Shown: piece after piece, positions 1 through 10,324 of the stretch
Numbering within the stretch: the stretch's first letter is position 1
Layout: the number at the start of each line of letters is the position of its first letter
Origin: an uncultured Mycoplasmatota bacterium
Lineage (GTDB): Bacteria > Bacillota_I > Bacilli_A > RF39 > UBA660
Direction: 5' to 3'
Length of the DNA stretch: 64,000 nucleotides
NCBI GenBank assembly: GCA_947302655.1
Contig: CAMYVW010000003.1
Location: 12,280 to 76,279, forward strand
Made by a program: the position numbers and the translations under genes
Notes under the pieces: model-generated
The model's database searches: none
Seen by the model: only the letters and a program-made list of their open reading frames with translations
Told to the model about the DNA's origin: nothing

Positions 1-568
1 TTCTTTTAATTATTTGTTTTTCATGATCATTAAGTAATACAGTGTTTGCAAATTGAACTACACCATAAAGTAGTGCAAAAATTCCACATTGTCGATTAAT
101 AGACATTACATTTAAAGGCCCAAATGTAACAACAGCACCAAGAATAATCAAAATTATAGATGTTACTAACGTTAATATAGCAGCTGTGTCCTTTACTTTA
201 AGTAGTTTTAATGCAACAACTAGTTTTTGAAAACCACATATAATAATAAATAAACCAAAATAAATCATAATAGCATTTGTTAAATTACCAGGATTTATTA
301 TTAAAAGTAAACCAGAAACAGCAGATAATATACCAAATATTACATCCATATTTGATAAAGAAATCTTTTTCTCTCTGCTACTCATCCAAACATACATTGT
401 ACCTGAAATAATTATAGTTATTCCTAAAGCTTTTTGAATAGTAGAAAATTTAATATACGTTTTATAGTATAAAACAGCTCCAATTATAATAAATGCGATA
501 TATAAAACTAATCTAGTTGCATTATTAAGTTTGTAATCATTTACTTCACTTTTTGATAGTTTAGCCAT
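1..568 (-). CDS. DUF308/HdeD-like multi-pass membrane protein, 3'-partial (continues beyond window start)
   Basis: Manual minus-strand translation from the ATG at 566-568, with AGGAGGA 8 nt upstream, gives MAKLSKSEVNDYKLNNATRLVLYIAFIIIGAVLYY...NPGNLTNAIMIYFGLFIII... with no stop down to nt 1. It shows repeated Gly-containing hydrophobic helices. It is absent from the ORF track because no stop codon falls in the window. Confidence 0.5.
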   Translation of the reverse strand, partial: MAKLSKSEVNDYKLNNATRLVLYIAFIIIGAVLYYKTYIKFSTIQKALGITIIISGTMYVWMSSREKKISLSNMDVIFGILSAVSGLLLIINPGNLTNAIMIYFGLFIIICGFQKLVVALKLLKVKDTAAILTLVTSIILIILGAVVTFGPLNVMSINRQCGIFALLYGVVQFANTVLLNDHEKQIIKR

Positions 569-678
569 ATTCCCTATCCTCCTATAGTAATTATACTAAA
601 TGTTGTTAATAAGTCAATTATCTTTTGTATTTTTAAGAGATTATGATATAATATATAACCCACAGGGGAGATGATTGT

Positions 679-1908
679 ATGATTACGGAAATAACCGCCA
701 ATGAATTTGATCGTTTTGCGATAAATCATTCCCTAGCTAACTTTCGCCAATCATCAAAATATGCAACCCTTATGGCTAAAAATGGATATGATAGAAAATA
801 TCTAGCTTACTATAATAAAAATAAAAAATTAGTTGGGGCAACAATGCTACTTACAAAAAAAATAAAACATATATTTAAGTATGGATATGCACCACTAGGG
901 TTTTTAATAGATTACAAGAATAAAAAAATGGTTAGTGATTTTACAGCAGAAATAAAAAAATATGCTAAAAAAAATCATATTATATTTATAAAAATAAATC
1001 CAGAAATACCTACATATATAATTGATGAAAAATTAGATAAACATGAATTATCAAACACTGAAATAATTAATACTTTAGAGGAAAATGGTTATACAAAATT
1101 AAAAGATAATTTAAATTTTGAATCAATGATGCCAAGATTCAATGGATTTATTAATTTAAAAAAATATGATGAGAAAAAAATAGATAAATCTACAAGAAAC
1201 AGAATTAATAATGCTATACGAAAGGGTCTTGAAATTGAAACCACACAAAAGAATAAAATAAAAGATCTTTACCCTTTTATTGAAAACAAGAAAAAATTAA
1301 GAAATTATTTATATTATAAAAACTATTTTCAAATATTTAATGAAGAATTAGATGCAGATATATTTTTAGTTAGTATAAACTTTGATAAATTTCTCAAAAA
1401 TAGTAAAGCTGTATTTGAAAACGAACTTGAAAATAACAAAATTATTACAGAACAACTATTTAAGAATAATACCGAAGAAAACATAAAGAGAAAAATGAAC
1501 TCAGATAGAGTTCTTTCTGATTTAAAAAAAGACGTTATTGATGCAACATATAGTATCAATAAACCGAATTACTATATAGCTGGAGCTATGTGTATCAAAT
1601 ATAAAAACAGAGTTCACATTGTTATTAGTGGTATTAATGAACTTTATAAGAAAATGAATGCCAACTATTTTTTACATAGTGAAATTATCAAATATTATAA
1701 AGACAATTTTGACTATCTAGATATGAACGGTTTTAGTGGTGACTTTAGTGAAACATCACCATACTATGGTTTAAACAAATTTAAACTTGGTTTTAAACCT
1801 AGACTATTTGAATATATTGGTGAGTTCGATTTAATTGTTAATAAAAGAATTTATAATTTCCTGTTATTAACAGGTTTTATTCAAAAAGAATTTAACAAAA
1901 AAGATTAG
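679..1908 (+). CDS. FemAB-family peptidoglycan interpeptide-bridge aminoacyltransferase
   Basis: 409 aa. The N-terminal and C-terminal patterns (…YAPLGFLID…, …DYLDMNGFSGD…YIGEFDLIVNKRIY) are typical of FemA/FemX. The RBS GGGGAG precedes the ATG. Confidence 0.6.
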   Translation: MITEITANEFDRFAINHSLANFRQSSKYATLMAKNGYDRKYLAYYNKNKKLVGATMLLTKKIKHIFKYGYAPLGFLIDYKNKKMVSDFTAEIKKYAKKNHIIFIKINPEIPTYIIDEKLDKHELSNTEIINTLEENGYTKLKDNLNFESMMPRFNGFINLKKYDEKKIDKSTRNRINNAIRKGLEIETTQKNKIKDLYPFIENKKKLRNYLYYKNYFQIFNEELDADIFLVSINFDKFLKNSKAVFENELENNKIITEQLFKNNTEENIKRKMNSDRVLSDLKKDVIDATYSINKPNYYIAGAMCIKYKNRVHIVISGINELYKKMNANYFLHSEIIKYYKDNFDYLDMNGFSGDFSETSPYYGLNKFKLGFKPRLFEYIGEFDLIVNKRIYNFLLLTGFIQKEFNKKD

Positions 1909-1986
1909 TTATTAAACTAATCTTTTTTTGTGACATAAAAAAATGTATGTTAGAAACATACATTTTTTAAAAGTCTTCTTAAATTA

Positions 1987-3156
1987 TTATTCAATAATTT
2001 CAGATACAACTCCAGCACCAACAGTACGTCCACCTTCACGAATAGAGAATTTAGTACCATTTTCAAGTGCTACAGGAGCAATTAGATCAACAGTCATGTC
2101 TACGTTATCACCAGGCATTACCATTTCAACTCCAGCAGGAAGTTCAATAACTCCTGTTACGTCTGTAGTTCTGAAATAGAATTGAGGACGATAATTTGAG
2201 AAGAATGGAGTATGACGTCCACCTTCTTCTTTGCTTAGTACATAAACTGAAGCTTTGAATTTATGATGAGGTGTAACAGATCCAGGTTTAGCTAGAACTT
2301 GTCCACGTTCAACGTCTTCACGAGCAATACCACGAAGTAATGCACCAGCGTTGTCACCAGCTTGAGCAAAGTCTAGAGATTTTCTAAACATTTCAATACC
2401 AGTTACAACAGTCTTTTTAGTAGGTCTTAAACCAACGATTTCAACTTCGTCATTTAATTTTAATACACCACGTTCAACACGTCCTGTAACAACAGTACCA
2501 CGTCCTGAAATAGTGAATACGTCTTCAATACTCATTAAGAATGGTTTGTCAGTATCACGAACTGGTGAATCAATGTAAGAGTCAACAGCAGCCATTAAAT
2601 CTCTAATAGATTGAGCAGCAGCTTCGTCTCCTTCAAGTGCTTTTAAAGCAGATCCACGAATAATAGGACATTCAGAATCAAATCCGTATTCTCCTAATAA
2701 TTCACGAATTTCCATTTCTACTAAATCAAGTAGTTCTGGATCATCAACTTGGTCACATTTGTTCATGTAAACAACAATTTTAGGTACACCAACTTGACGA
2801 GATAATAGGATATGCTCTCTAGTTTGAGGCATAGGTCCGTCTGAAGCAGAAACAACAAGGATAGCTCCGTCCATTTGAGCAGCACCTGTGATCATGTTTT
2901 TAACATAGTCAGCATGTCCTGGACAGTCAACGTGAGCATAGTGACGTTTTTCTGTTTCATATTCAATATGTGCAGTATTAATTGTAATACCACGTTCTCT
3001 TTCTTCTGGAGCGCTATCGATTGCAGCGTAATCCATGAATTCTTTTCCGAAATATTTAGAAATAGCAGCAGTTAATGTTGTTTTACCATGGTCAACGTGT
3101 CCAATAGTACCAATATTAACATGTTCTTTAGATCTATCAAATTTTTCTCTTGCCAT
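1987..3156 (-). CDS. tuf: translation elongation factor Tu
   Basis: 389 aa starting [32 protein letters not shown], with the GTPase motifs and a C-terminal beta-barrel region. Confidence 0.97.
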   Translation of the reverse strand: MAREKFDRSKEHVNIGTIGHVDHGKTTLTAAISKYFGKEFMDYAAIDSAPEERERGITINTAHIEYETEKRHYAHVDCPGHADYVKNMITGAAQMDGAILVVSASDGPMPQTREHILLSRQVGVPKIVVYMNKCDQVDDPELLDLVEMEIRELLGEYGFDSECPIIRGSALKALEGDEAAAQSIRDLMAAVDSYIDSPVRDTDKPFLMSIEDVFTISGRGTVVTGRVERGVLKLNDEVEIVGLRPTKKTVVTGIEMFRKSLDFAQAGDNAGALLRGIAREDVERGQVLAKPGSVTPHHKFKASVYVLSKEEGGRHTPFFSNYRPQFYFRTTDVTGVIELPAGVEMVMPGDNVDMTVDLIAPVALENGTKFSIREGGRTVGAGVVSEIIE

Positions 3157-3250
3157 AATATTATTTTTCCTTTCCTTTTTCTACATATAATATTTTATCA
3201 AATATTGTACTTTTTTCAAGTACTTTTATTAAAGAGAACAAGCCTAACTG

Positions 3251-5326
3251 TTAAGCGTTAGAGCTGTTCTTCTTAATAATTTCTTCAGCAATTGATTTAG
3301 GTACTTCATCGTAGTGGTCTTTTTCCATTTGGAAGTTACCTCTACCTTGAGTATTACTTCTTAAATCAGTTGCGTAACCAAACATTTCTGAAAGTGGTAC
3401 AAGTGCAGTAATTCTTAGAGTATTACCAATAGATTCTTGTCCAAGTGGACGTCCACGTCTACTAGTTAAGTCACCCATTACATTACCCATGTATTCTTCA
3501 GGAACATCTACAACAACCTTCATTATAGGTTCAAGTAGAACTGGTTTACATTTATTTTTAGCTTCTTTTAAAGCTAAACTTGCAGCAACTTTGAATGCCA
3601 TTTCTGATGAGTCTACATCATGGTATGATCCATCAAATAATGTTGCTTTTACGTCTACCATTGGATAACCAGCAAGGATACCACCAGCCATAGCTTCTTG
3701 TAATCCTTTATCAGTTACTGGAATATATTCACGAGGAACTACACCACCAACGATAGCATCAACGAACTCATAACCTTTATCTTTATTTGGTTCGAATTTA
3801 ACCCAAACATGTCCATATTGTCCACGTCCACCTGATTGTTTAATGTATTTACCTTCACACTCAGCAGCTTCTGTGATAGTTTCACGGTAAGCAACTTGAG
3901 GTCTACCTTTATTACATTCAACGTTAAATTCTCTTTTCATACGATCAACGATTACATCTAAGTGAAGTTCTCCCATTCCTGATAAAACTGTTTGGCCAGT
4001 TTCAGCATCAGTTTTAACTCTTAGAGTTGGGTCCTCTTCAACAAGTTTTTGAATAGCAATTGCCATTTTATCTTGATCATTTTTACTCTTTGGTTCAATA
4101 GCAATATCAATAACTGGTTCTGGGAATTCCATACCTTTCATGATAACTGGTGATTTTTCATCACAAAGAGTATCAGCTGTTGTAGTATTTTTAAGACCTA
4201 CTGCAGCAGCAATTTCACCTGCATAAACCTCAGTAATTTCTTTTCTTTGGTTAGCATGCATTTGTAGGATACGTCCGATTCTTTCTTTTTCACCCTTAGT
4301 TGAGTTTAATACATAAGAACCAGATTTTAAAACTCCTGAATAAACACGGAAGAATGAAAGTCTACCAACAAATGGATCTGTCATAATCTTAAATGCAAGT
4401 GCAGTGAATGGTTCACTATCACTTGGATGACGTTTAACATCATTTCCGTTTTTATCTGTACAATCAATTGCTTCTACATCAGTCGGAGCTGGTAAGTAAT
4501 CTACGATTGCATCAAGTAAAGGTTTAATACCTTGATTAGATAAAGCATCAGCACAAAGTACTGGGAAGAATTCTACAGAAAGTGTAGCTGTACGAATAGC
4601 TTTCTTTAACATTTCTTCACTGATTTCTCCACCATCAAGGTAAGTCATCATTAAATCTTCATCAAAATCAGCTACAGCTTCAATTAATTTAGTTCTATAT
4701 TCATTAGCTTTATCAACTAAATCAGCAGGTATTTCAATTTCCTCTGCATTCTCTTGTTCAGTTCCATCAAATTTGTAAGCTTTCATTGTAACTAAGTTTA
4801 CAACTCCATGGAATTCATTTTCAGCACCAATTGGAAGTTCAATTGGAGCAGCATTAGCACCTAATCTATCTTTAATAGTACCTAAACTATAATAGAAGTC
4901 AGCACCAAGTTTACCCATCTTATTAGCACAAATCATTCTTGGAACCTTATATTCATTAGCTTGTCTCCAAACTGTTTCAGTTTGAGGTTCAACACCAGCT
5001 TGTGCATCAATTAGAGCAACAGCACCATCAAGTACTCTTAATGATCTTTGAACTTCAATAGTGAAGTCTACGTGACCTGGAGTATCAATGATATTTAAAC
5101 GGTATCCTTTCCAGTGAGCAGTTGTTGCAGCACTAGTAATTGTAATACCTCTTTCTTTTTCTTGTTCCATCCAGTCCATTTGTGATTCACCATCATGTGT
5201 TTCACCAATTTTATGAGTTATACCTGTATGGAATAAAATTCTTTCAGTAGTAGTTGTTTTACCAGCATCGATGTGAGCCATGATACCAATATTTCTAATT
5301 TTATCAATTGTAACGTCTCTTGCCAT
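3251..5326 (-). CDS. fusA: translation elongation factor G
   Basis: 691 aa starting [31 protein letters not shown]. It lies in the rpsL-rpsG-fusA-tuf arrangement. Confidence 0.97.
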   Translation of the reverse strand: MARDVTIDKIRNIGIMAHIDAGKTTTTERILFHTGITHKIGETHDGESQMDWMEQEKERGITITSAATTAHWKGYRLNIIDTPGHVDFTIEVQRSLRVLDGAVALIDAQAGVEPQTETVWRQANEYKVPRMICANKMGKLGADFYYSLGTIKDRLGANAAPIELPIGAENEFHGVVNLVTMKAYKFDGTEQENAEEIEIPADLVDKANEYRTKLIEAVADFDEDLMMTYLDGGEISEEMLKKAIRTATLSVEFFPVLCADALSNQGIKPLLDAIVDYLPAPTDVEAIDCTDKNGNDVKRHPSDSEPFTALAFKIMTDPFVGRLSFFRVYSGVLKSGSYVLNSTKGEKERIGRILQMHANQRKEITEVYAGEIAAAVGLKNTTTADTLCDEKSPVIMKGMEFPEPVIDIAIEPKSKNDQDKMAIAIQKLVEEDPTLRVKTDAETGQTVLSGMGELHLDVIVDRMKREFNVECNKGRPQVAYRETITEAAECEGKYIKQSGGRGQYGHVWVKFEPNKDKGYEFVDAIVGGVVPREYIPVTDKGLQEAMAGGILAGYPMVDVKATLFDGSYHDVDSSEMAFKVAASLALKEAKNKCKPVLLEPIMKVVVDVPEEYMGNVMGDLTSRRGRPLGQESIGNTLRITALVPLSEMFGYATDLRSNTQGRGNFQMEKDHYDEVPKSIAEEIIKKNSSNA

Positions 5327-5337
5327 AATTTAAACTC

Positions 5338-5805
5338 CTACCATTTATAATGAGCAAATGCCTTATTTGCTTCTGCCATCTTATGTGTATCTTCTTTTTT
5401 CTTAACAGCTCCACCAGTGTTATTGGCAGCATCCATTAATTCATTAGCTAAATTAATAGCCATTCCTTTACCATTTCTTGTTTTAGCATATGTAACTAAC
5501 CATCTTAAAGCAAGTGTTTGGCTTCTTTCTTCGGAAACTTCAATTGGCACTTGATAGTTTGATCCACCAACACGACGAGACTTAACTTCAAGAGCAGGTT
5601 TAATATTTTCCATAGCTGCCTCAAATACTTCAAGAGCAGGTTTTTTAGTTGTTTGTTCAATTTGTTCAAATGCTGAATATACTATTTTTTGTGCAGTACC
5701 TTTTTTACCATTTAACATAATTTGGTTTACTAATTTAGTAACTACTTTAGAGTTATAAATAGGATCAGGTAATACATCTCTTACTTCAGCTCTTCTTTTA
5801 CGCAT
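5338..5805 (-). CDS. rpsG: 30S ribosomal protein S7
   Basis: 155 aa starting [19 protein letters not shown] and ending …AFAHYKW. Confidence 0.95.
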   Translation of the reverse strand: MRKRRAEVRDVLPDPIYNSKVVTKLVNQIMLNGKKGTAQKIVYSAFEQIEQTTKKPALEVFEAAMENIKPALEVKSRRVGGSNYQVPIEVSEERSQTLALRWLVTYAKTRNGKGMAINLANELMDAANNTGGAVKKKEDTHKMAEANKAFAHYKW

Positions 5806-5828
5806 ATATTATTTCCTCCTTCTTTCTA

Positions 5829-6242
5829 TTACTTTTTAGGTTTCTTAGCACCATATTTACTACGTCCTTGTTGACGATTTGCAACTCCTTGAGTATCAAG
5901 AGTACCACGAATAATGTGATATCTAACTCCGATTAAGTCTTTAACACGTCCTCCACGGATTAGTACAACGCTGTGTTCCTGAAGATTATGTCCTTCACCA
6001 GGAATATAAGCATCGATTTCTTTACCATTAGATAATCTAACACGAGCATATTTTCTTAAAGCTGAGTTTGGTTTCTTAGGTGTTCTTGTTCCTACACGAG
6101 TACAAACTCCTCTTTTTTGTGGACTAGTTTGATCAGTAGTCTTTCTTTCAAGTGTATTATAACCTACATTTAAAACTGGACTTTTACTTTTTCTAGTCTT
6201 TTTACTACGTTTTTTCTTAACTAATTGATTAATTGTTGGCAT
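5829..6242 (-). CDS. rpsL: 30S ribosomal protein S12
   Basis: 137 aa starting [12 protein letters not shown]…, with the K/R-rich S12 signature. Confidence 0.95.
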   Translation of the reverse strand: MPTINQLVKKKRSKKTRKSKSPVLNVGYNTLERKTTDQTSPQKRGVCTRVGTRTPKKPNSALRKYARVRLSNGKEIDAYIPGEGHNLQEHSVVLIRGGRVKDLIGVRYHIIRGTLDTQGVANRQQGRSKYGAKKPKK

Positions 6243-6329
6243 TAATATGTCCTCCTTCCAATGTACACATAACCAGGTGTATCATAAATACCATTAAATT
6301 TGGTCCTACGCATGGTAGAACCTAAATTT

Positions 6330-6372
6330 AAACGTAATAATAATTTAACATTAATATATGATTTTGTCAACG
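6330..6372 (-). promoter_or_regulatory. sigma-A-type promoter for the rpsL-rpsG-fusA-tuf operon
   Basis: Minus-strand TTGACA (6365-6370), a 17-nt spacer, then TAAATT/TTATTA, about 90 nt upstream of the rpsL start. A possible leader hairpin GGTTCTACC…GGTAGGACC follows it. Confidence 0.4.
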
Positions 6373-6380
6373 ATTTTTAG

Positions 6381-6743
6381 TTAGCGACTTTGAACTTTAT
6401 TTAACTTAATATTAAACTCTTGATTAAATAAATCATTAAAACAATCTTCAATGTTAACTACGTCGTTATCTCTGCCATCACTAATAGCATCTCTATTAGC
6501 AATTTGTTGTTCTAAAATGCCAGCAAGAATAACACCAATTCTGCGAGATACTACCTCGTTTTCAATATCAAAGTTATTCATGTAAGCAGCATTTTCAACT
6601 TTAATAACATATTCCTTAACTAAAGCAATATCTAATAAAACATCATTAGCAACTAAATTATTATAATAACCAGATGTAATAAATGATTCTATTACTCCGT
6701 AACGATCTCCATATAAAGTATCAGATAGTTTTGTTTGTTGCAT
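6381..6743 (-). CDS. hypothetical protein (120 aa, acidic, no TM)
   Basis: Intact ORF in the spot where rpoB/rpoC normally sit. I recognise no domain in it. Confidence 0.4.
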   Translation of the reverse strand: MQQTKLSDTLYGDRYGVIESFITSGYYNNLVANDVLLDIALVKEYVIKVENAAYMNNFDIENEVVSRRIGVILAGILEQQIANRDAISDGRDNDVVNIEDCFNDLFNQEFNIKLNKVQSR

Positions 6744-6810
6744 AAAATTACTCCTTCTATAAAATAGTAAGGCTTATTATATATATAGACCGTTCTTTAG
6801 TCAACAAAAA

Positions 6811-7161
6811 CTAATATGATTTATAATACTTACATTTAATTAAAGGTTTATATTTGATTAATTTTTTATTTTCAATTCTAACACTTCCATTACAGCTTTT
6901 AACAACATCTTTTTTCTTAATATAACCTTTATCTAATAAGGTAGAAATTTTAATGTCGATATAATCGCTATTAAAATCAACTATTCCTTCATCTAATACA
7001 TATGCCTTTGCAGCATTAATTATAACATTTTCGAAATCATGATATTCTTCTAAATTTCTTTTATACATAAATCCTATTGTACATAAACCTGCAAATATAA
7101 TTGTTGCTACAAAACACCAAACAATAAAAAGTCGATTAAAGTTTTTCATAATTAACTCCAA
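6811..7161 (-). CDS. small membrane-anchored protein (N-terminal TM, C-terminal Cys pair)
   Basis: 116 aa. It has an N-terminal hydrophobic helix FIVWCFVATIIFAGLCTIGF. It is paralogous to the next gene over the …DKGYI…SCNGS…/…NKGYIDD…SCDGF… region. Confidence 0.35.
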   Translation of the reverse strand: MELIMKNFNRLFIVWCFVATIIFAGLCTIGFMYKRNLEEYHDFENVIINAAKAYVLDEGIVDFNSDYIDIKISTLLDKGYIKKKDVVKSCNGSVRIENKKLIKYKPLIKCKYYKSY

Positions 7162-7571
7162 GAATCATAATTCTCAGTTTTATATTTTGAGCATTTAATA
7201 TATGATTTAACTTCTTTATTTGCGTAGACTATAACAAATCCATCACATGAAGAATTATCTACAGGATCAATAATATCATCAATGTATCCTTTATTTTTTA
7301 AAAAAGCTACAGTCATTTTTGTAGACTCACTTTTCTTATTAAAATATTCTTCGTTATTAGCTACATAATAATCACCAGAATTTTTTAATTTTTCTTCAAG
7401 AATCACGTACACTCTATCATAATTTTTCTTTGAATCTGATGATTCTGAATCTTTGTTATTTTTTGTAATATTACTTATAGCAATTGCAGCTCCTACTAAA
7501 ATTAAAATAAAAAGTGCAGCAAAGAAAAACAAAAAGCCATAACCCCATCCTTTTTCATTAAGTTTAAACAT
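7152..7571 (-). CDS. small membrane-anchored protein, paralogue of 6811-7161
   Basis: Strong RBS GAGGTGG followed by ATG (MFKLNEKGWGYGFLFFFAALFILILVGAAIA…). I trimmed the start from the longer ORF call on the basis of that RBS. Confidence 0.4.
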   Translation of the reverse strand: MFKLNEKGWGYGFLFFFAALFILILVGAAIAISNITKNNKDSESSDSKKNYDRVYVILEEKLKNSGDYYVANNEEYFNKKSESTKMTVAFLKNKGYIDDIIDPVDNSSCDGFVIVYANKEVKSYIKCSKYKTENYDSWS

Positions 7572-7654
7572 ATATACCACCTCAACATTAAAATATATTT
7601 TAGCAAAAAGGATAAAAAAAAACAATGCATTAAGCATTGTATTTTTTTATAGAA

Positions 7655-8023
7655 TTAAGCTAATTCTACTTCAGCACCAGCTTCAGTTAATTGAGTTTTA
7701 ATAGCTTCAGCTTCATCAGCAGCAACGTTTTCTTTAACGTTTCCACCATTATCAGCTAATGCTTTAGCTTCAACTAATCCTAAACCAGTAATTTCTTTAA
7801 GGATTTTAATAACAGCGATTTTGTTTCCACCTGCAGATTTTAATACTACAGTTTTAGTACTTGAACCAGCGTCTTCTTGAGCACCAGCAGCTGGAGCAGC
7901 AACAGCAACAGCAGTTGCGTCAATTCCAAGTTCATCTTTCATAGCGTCAACTAATTCTTTAAGTTCAAGAATAGTCATTTCGCTTATTCCTTTAATAAAT
8001 TCATCTTTTGTAAATTTTGCCAT
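7655..8023 (-). CDS. rplL: 50S ribosomal protein L7/L12
   Basis: 122 aa starting MAKFTKDEFIKGISEMTILEL, with the Ala-rich hinge and the C-terminal domain. Confidence 0.95.
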   Translation of the reverse strand: MAKFTKDEFIKGISEMTILELKELVDAMKDELGIDATAVAVAAPAAGAQEDAGSSTKTVVLKSAGGNKIAVIKILKEITGLGLVEAKALADNGGNVKENVAADEAEAIKTQLTEAGAEVELA

Positions 8024-8041
8024 AATATATTTTCCTCCTAA

Positions 8042-8539
8042 TTAATTATTTTTTTCCTTTTCTTCAGCATACATATTGATTGCTATAGCTAAATCGCGAG
8101 CATATTTCATCATGCCAGCAGCAATCATAGTAAGTAGTCCATCTCTTGATGGGATTGATGCATATTCTTTAATAGTATCAAGTTCAGCTCTATCGCCACT
8201 TATGATACCAACACGAATATCAAGTTTTTCATTTTCCTTAGCAAAGTCAGCAATTACTTTAATTGGTTCAAGTAAATTCTTACCAAATAAAATAGCGTTT
8301 GGACCTTCAAGGAATTCATCTAAGTTTACTTTAACTTCATCTAGTGCTCTTTTAAGTAAAGTATTCTTATAAACCTTAACTTCAGCATCAGTTGGTTTAA
8401 GTTTGTTTCTTAGATCACTAAGTTCACTAACTGTTAATCCTTGATATTGGAAAATTATAACAGATTCACTGTTTTTAATTTTATCAACAATCTCAGAAAC
8501 GATAGCTTTTTTAGAATCTAAAATCTTTTCGCTTGCCAT
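8042..8539 (-). CDS. rplJ: 50S ribosomal protein L10
   Basis: 165 aa, located between rplA and rplL. Confidence 0.92.
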   Translation of the reverse strand: MASEKILDSKKAIVSEIVDKIKNSESVIIFQYQGLTVSELSDLRNKLKPTDAEVKVYKNTLLKRALDEVKVNLDEFLEGPNAILFGKNLLEPIKVIADFAKENEKLDIRVGIISGDRAELDTIKEYASIPSRDGLLTMIAAGMMKYARDLAIAINMYAEEKEKNN

Positions 8540-8705
8540 ATTTCCTCCTTATGTATTATATAGAAAAAGCTTCCCAAAACGGAAAGCTAAAAATCACATT
8601 ATAAAAAGTATTTTTAGAATTCCCTCGGCTGGATTATTAAACTTTTAAAAGTCCCAGCTGTCTTTGGTAATTGCTTTAACTAACATGTATTATAACACCA
8701 TCTAA
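8540..8705 (-). promoter_or_regulatory. rplJ (L10) leader / putative autoregulatory structure
   Basis: 166-nt untranslated gap between rplA and rplJ containing the hairpins GCTTCCCAAAACGGAAAGC and CCCAGCTG…CAGCTGGGA. Firmicute L10 leaders occupy this position. Confidence 0.45.
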
Positions 8706-9404
8706 TTAAAATTCAATAGTATTTTTATCAATTTTAATTCCAGGACCCATTGTACTAGATACTGAAATATTAGAAACGAATTGTCCTTTAACTGTAGATG
8801 GTTTTGCTTTAACGATTGATTTAATAATAAAGTCTAAGTTTTCAGCTAATTTCTTAGCATCAAATGAAACTTTACCAAATACCATATGAATATTTCCATA
8901 AGTATCATTTTTATACTCAACCATACCAGATTTAATATCTTCGATTGCTTTTACAACATTAGTTGTAACTGTTCCAGTTTTAGGGTTTGGCATTAAACCT
9001 TTAGGTCCTAAAAGTTTACCAACCTTACCTAACAAAGGCATCATTTCTGGAGTAGCAACGATAACATCATAATCAAACCAGTTTTCTTTTTCAATCTTTT
9101 CGATCATATCTACATCACCAACAAAGTCAGCTCCAGCTTTCTTTGCTTCAGTAGCTTGAGTTCCTTTAGCTAAAACTAAAATAGATCTAGTTTTACCAGT
9201 ACCGTTAGGTAATTTTAAAGAACCTCTTAATTGTTGATCAGATTTTTTAGCATCAATATTAAGTTTAATAGCAACTTCAACAGTTGAATCAAATTTAGTA
9301 GTTGATGTTTCTTTAACTAGTTTAACTGCTTCATCAATAGTATAAGCTTTATTCTTATCTACTTTTTTAGAAGCTTCCACATATTTCTTTCCATATTTTT
9401 TCAT
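8706..9404 (-). CDS. rplA: 50S ribosomal protein L1
   Basis: 232 aa starting [26 protein letters not shown]…. Confidence 0.95.
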   Translation of the reverse strand: MKKYGKKYVEASKKVDKNKAYTIDEAVKLVKETSTTKFDSTVEVAIKLNIDAKKSDQQLRGSLKLPNGTGKTRSILVLAKGTQATEAKKAGADFVGDVDMIEKIEKENWFDYDVIVATPEMMPLLGKVGKLLGPKGLMPNPKTGTVTTNVVKAIEDIKSGMVEYKNDTYGNIHMVFGKVSFDAKKLAENLDFIIKSIVKAKPSTVKGQFVSNISVSSTMGPGIKIDKNTIEF

Positions 9405-9452
9405 TGATTTACCTCCTAACTGTGGTATATTAGCGGATAATTAAAATTTATA

Positions 9453-10054
9453 TTAGTTCTCTTCTGAACTTTGTTCTTCTTCTTTATTTTCTCCAACAAC
9501 TTCAACATTAACGTCAACATCAGCTTTAGCTTCAGCTTCCATTTCTGCAAGTTCTGCATCTCTCTTAGCTTGTTCTGCTTCTTCAATTGCAGCTTCTTTA
9601 GCTTGTTCAGCCATTTCTTGATCGTTAACACCTTTAACAGCAACACCCATATTACGAGCAGTACCTTCAATGATATTCATTGCAGCATCAACGTCATAAG
9701 CATTAAGGTCTGGAAGTTTAGTTTCAGCAATTTTCTTAAGATCTTCTTTAGAAATTGTAGCAACTAATTCATTAGCACCTTTATGAGAACCTTTTTGAAT
9801 TTTAGCAGCTTTCTTAATTAAGAATGCAGCTGGTGGAGTTTTAAGTACAAAATCAAAACTTCTATCTTCATAAATAGAGATTTCAGTAGGTATTACATCA
9901 CCCATCTTATCACGAGTCTCTTCATTAAATTTAGAACAGAACTCTTGTAAGTTAATACCAGCAGGTCCTAAAACAGTACCAACTGGAGGAGCAGGTGTAG
10001 CTTTACCAGCTTCAATTTGTAATTTAATTTTCTTTACGACTTCCTTTGCCACGA
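9453..10054 (-). CDS. rplK: 50S ribosomal protein L11 with ~60-aa acidic/Ala-rich C-terminal extension
   Basis: The RBS AGGAGGTG is followed by a GTG start ([25 protein letters not shown]…). The canonical L11 ends near …NMGVAVKGV, and the same frame then continues …[57 protein letters not shown]. Confidence 0.85.
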
Positions 10055-10055
10055 A

Positions 10056-10150
10056 AACACCTCCTATAAAATGTTTATAATAATTTTCGCGTAAGTGGTA
10101 CAGGCGTAATCCGCAAGTATTCCCTCCCACTTAAACTAACACGGTTACAT
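10056..10150 (-). promoter_or_regulatory. rplK-rplA leader with putative L1-binding, rRNA-mimic structure
   Basis: The GC-rich structured stretch CGCGTAAGTGGTACAGGCGTAATCCGCAAGTATTCCCTCCCACTTA lies immediately 5' of rplK in otherwise AT-rich DNA, with GTAAGTGG/CCACTTA pairing. Confidence 0.35.
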
Positions 10151-10324
10151 CAAAAGACATAACTGCAATATAGATAATAGCATAAATGTTTTAATAAAAC
10201 AATAAGTTTTACCAGATAATCAGAAAAAATTATCATTTTTATGTAAAAAAATATAATTTAAATCACATCATAATATAAATATATGATATATTTATAAATA
10301 TAAGACGGATAAAAGGTGATAAAA

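Noticed and set aside
1329-1559. 76-aa minus-strand ORF inside the FemAB-like gene. The same applies to other antisense or embedded ORFs in the track: 1943-2179, 2875-3075, 3739-3921, 8076-8372, 9416-9670, 9471-9767, 10258-10563, 10719-10910, 10990-11175, 11526-11750, 13374-13601, 21417-21654, 22574-22759, 24339-24635, 28887-29075, 33433-33618, 34282-34973, 35216-35446, 39686-39877, 42192-42380, 44319-44507, 52000-52257, 56442-56627, 58766-59068 and 61518-62093.
   Set aside because: Each lies wholly within, and antisense to or out of frame with, a much longer ORF with clear homology or operon context. Their low-complexity F/L/I/S/K-rich translations are typical of AT-rich antisense frames, and none has an RBS.
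9416-9670. 84-aa K/L-rich ORF overlapping the 3' end of rplK
   Set aside because: It lies in an alternative frame of the L11 C-terminal extension region, and its composition is a frame artefact of the GAA/GCA-rich sequence. The L11 frame is the one with an RBS and homology.
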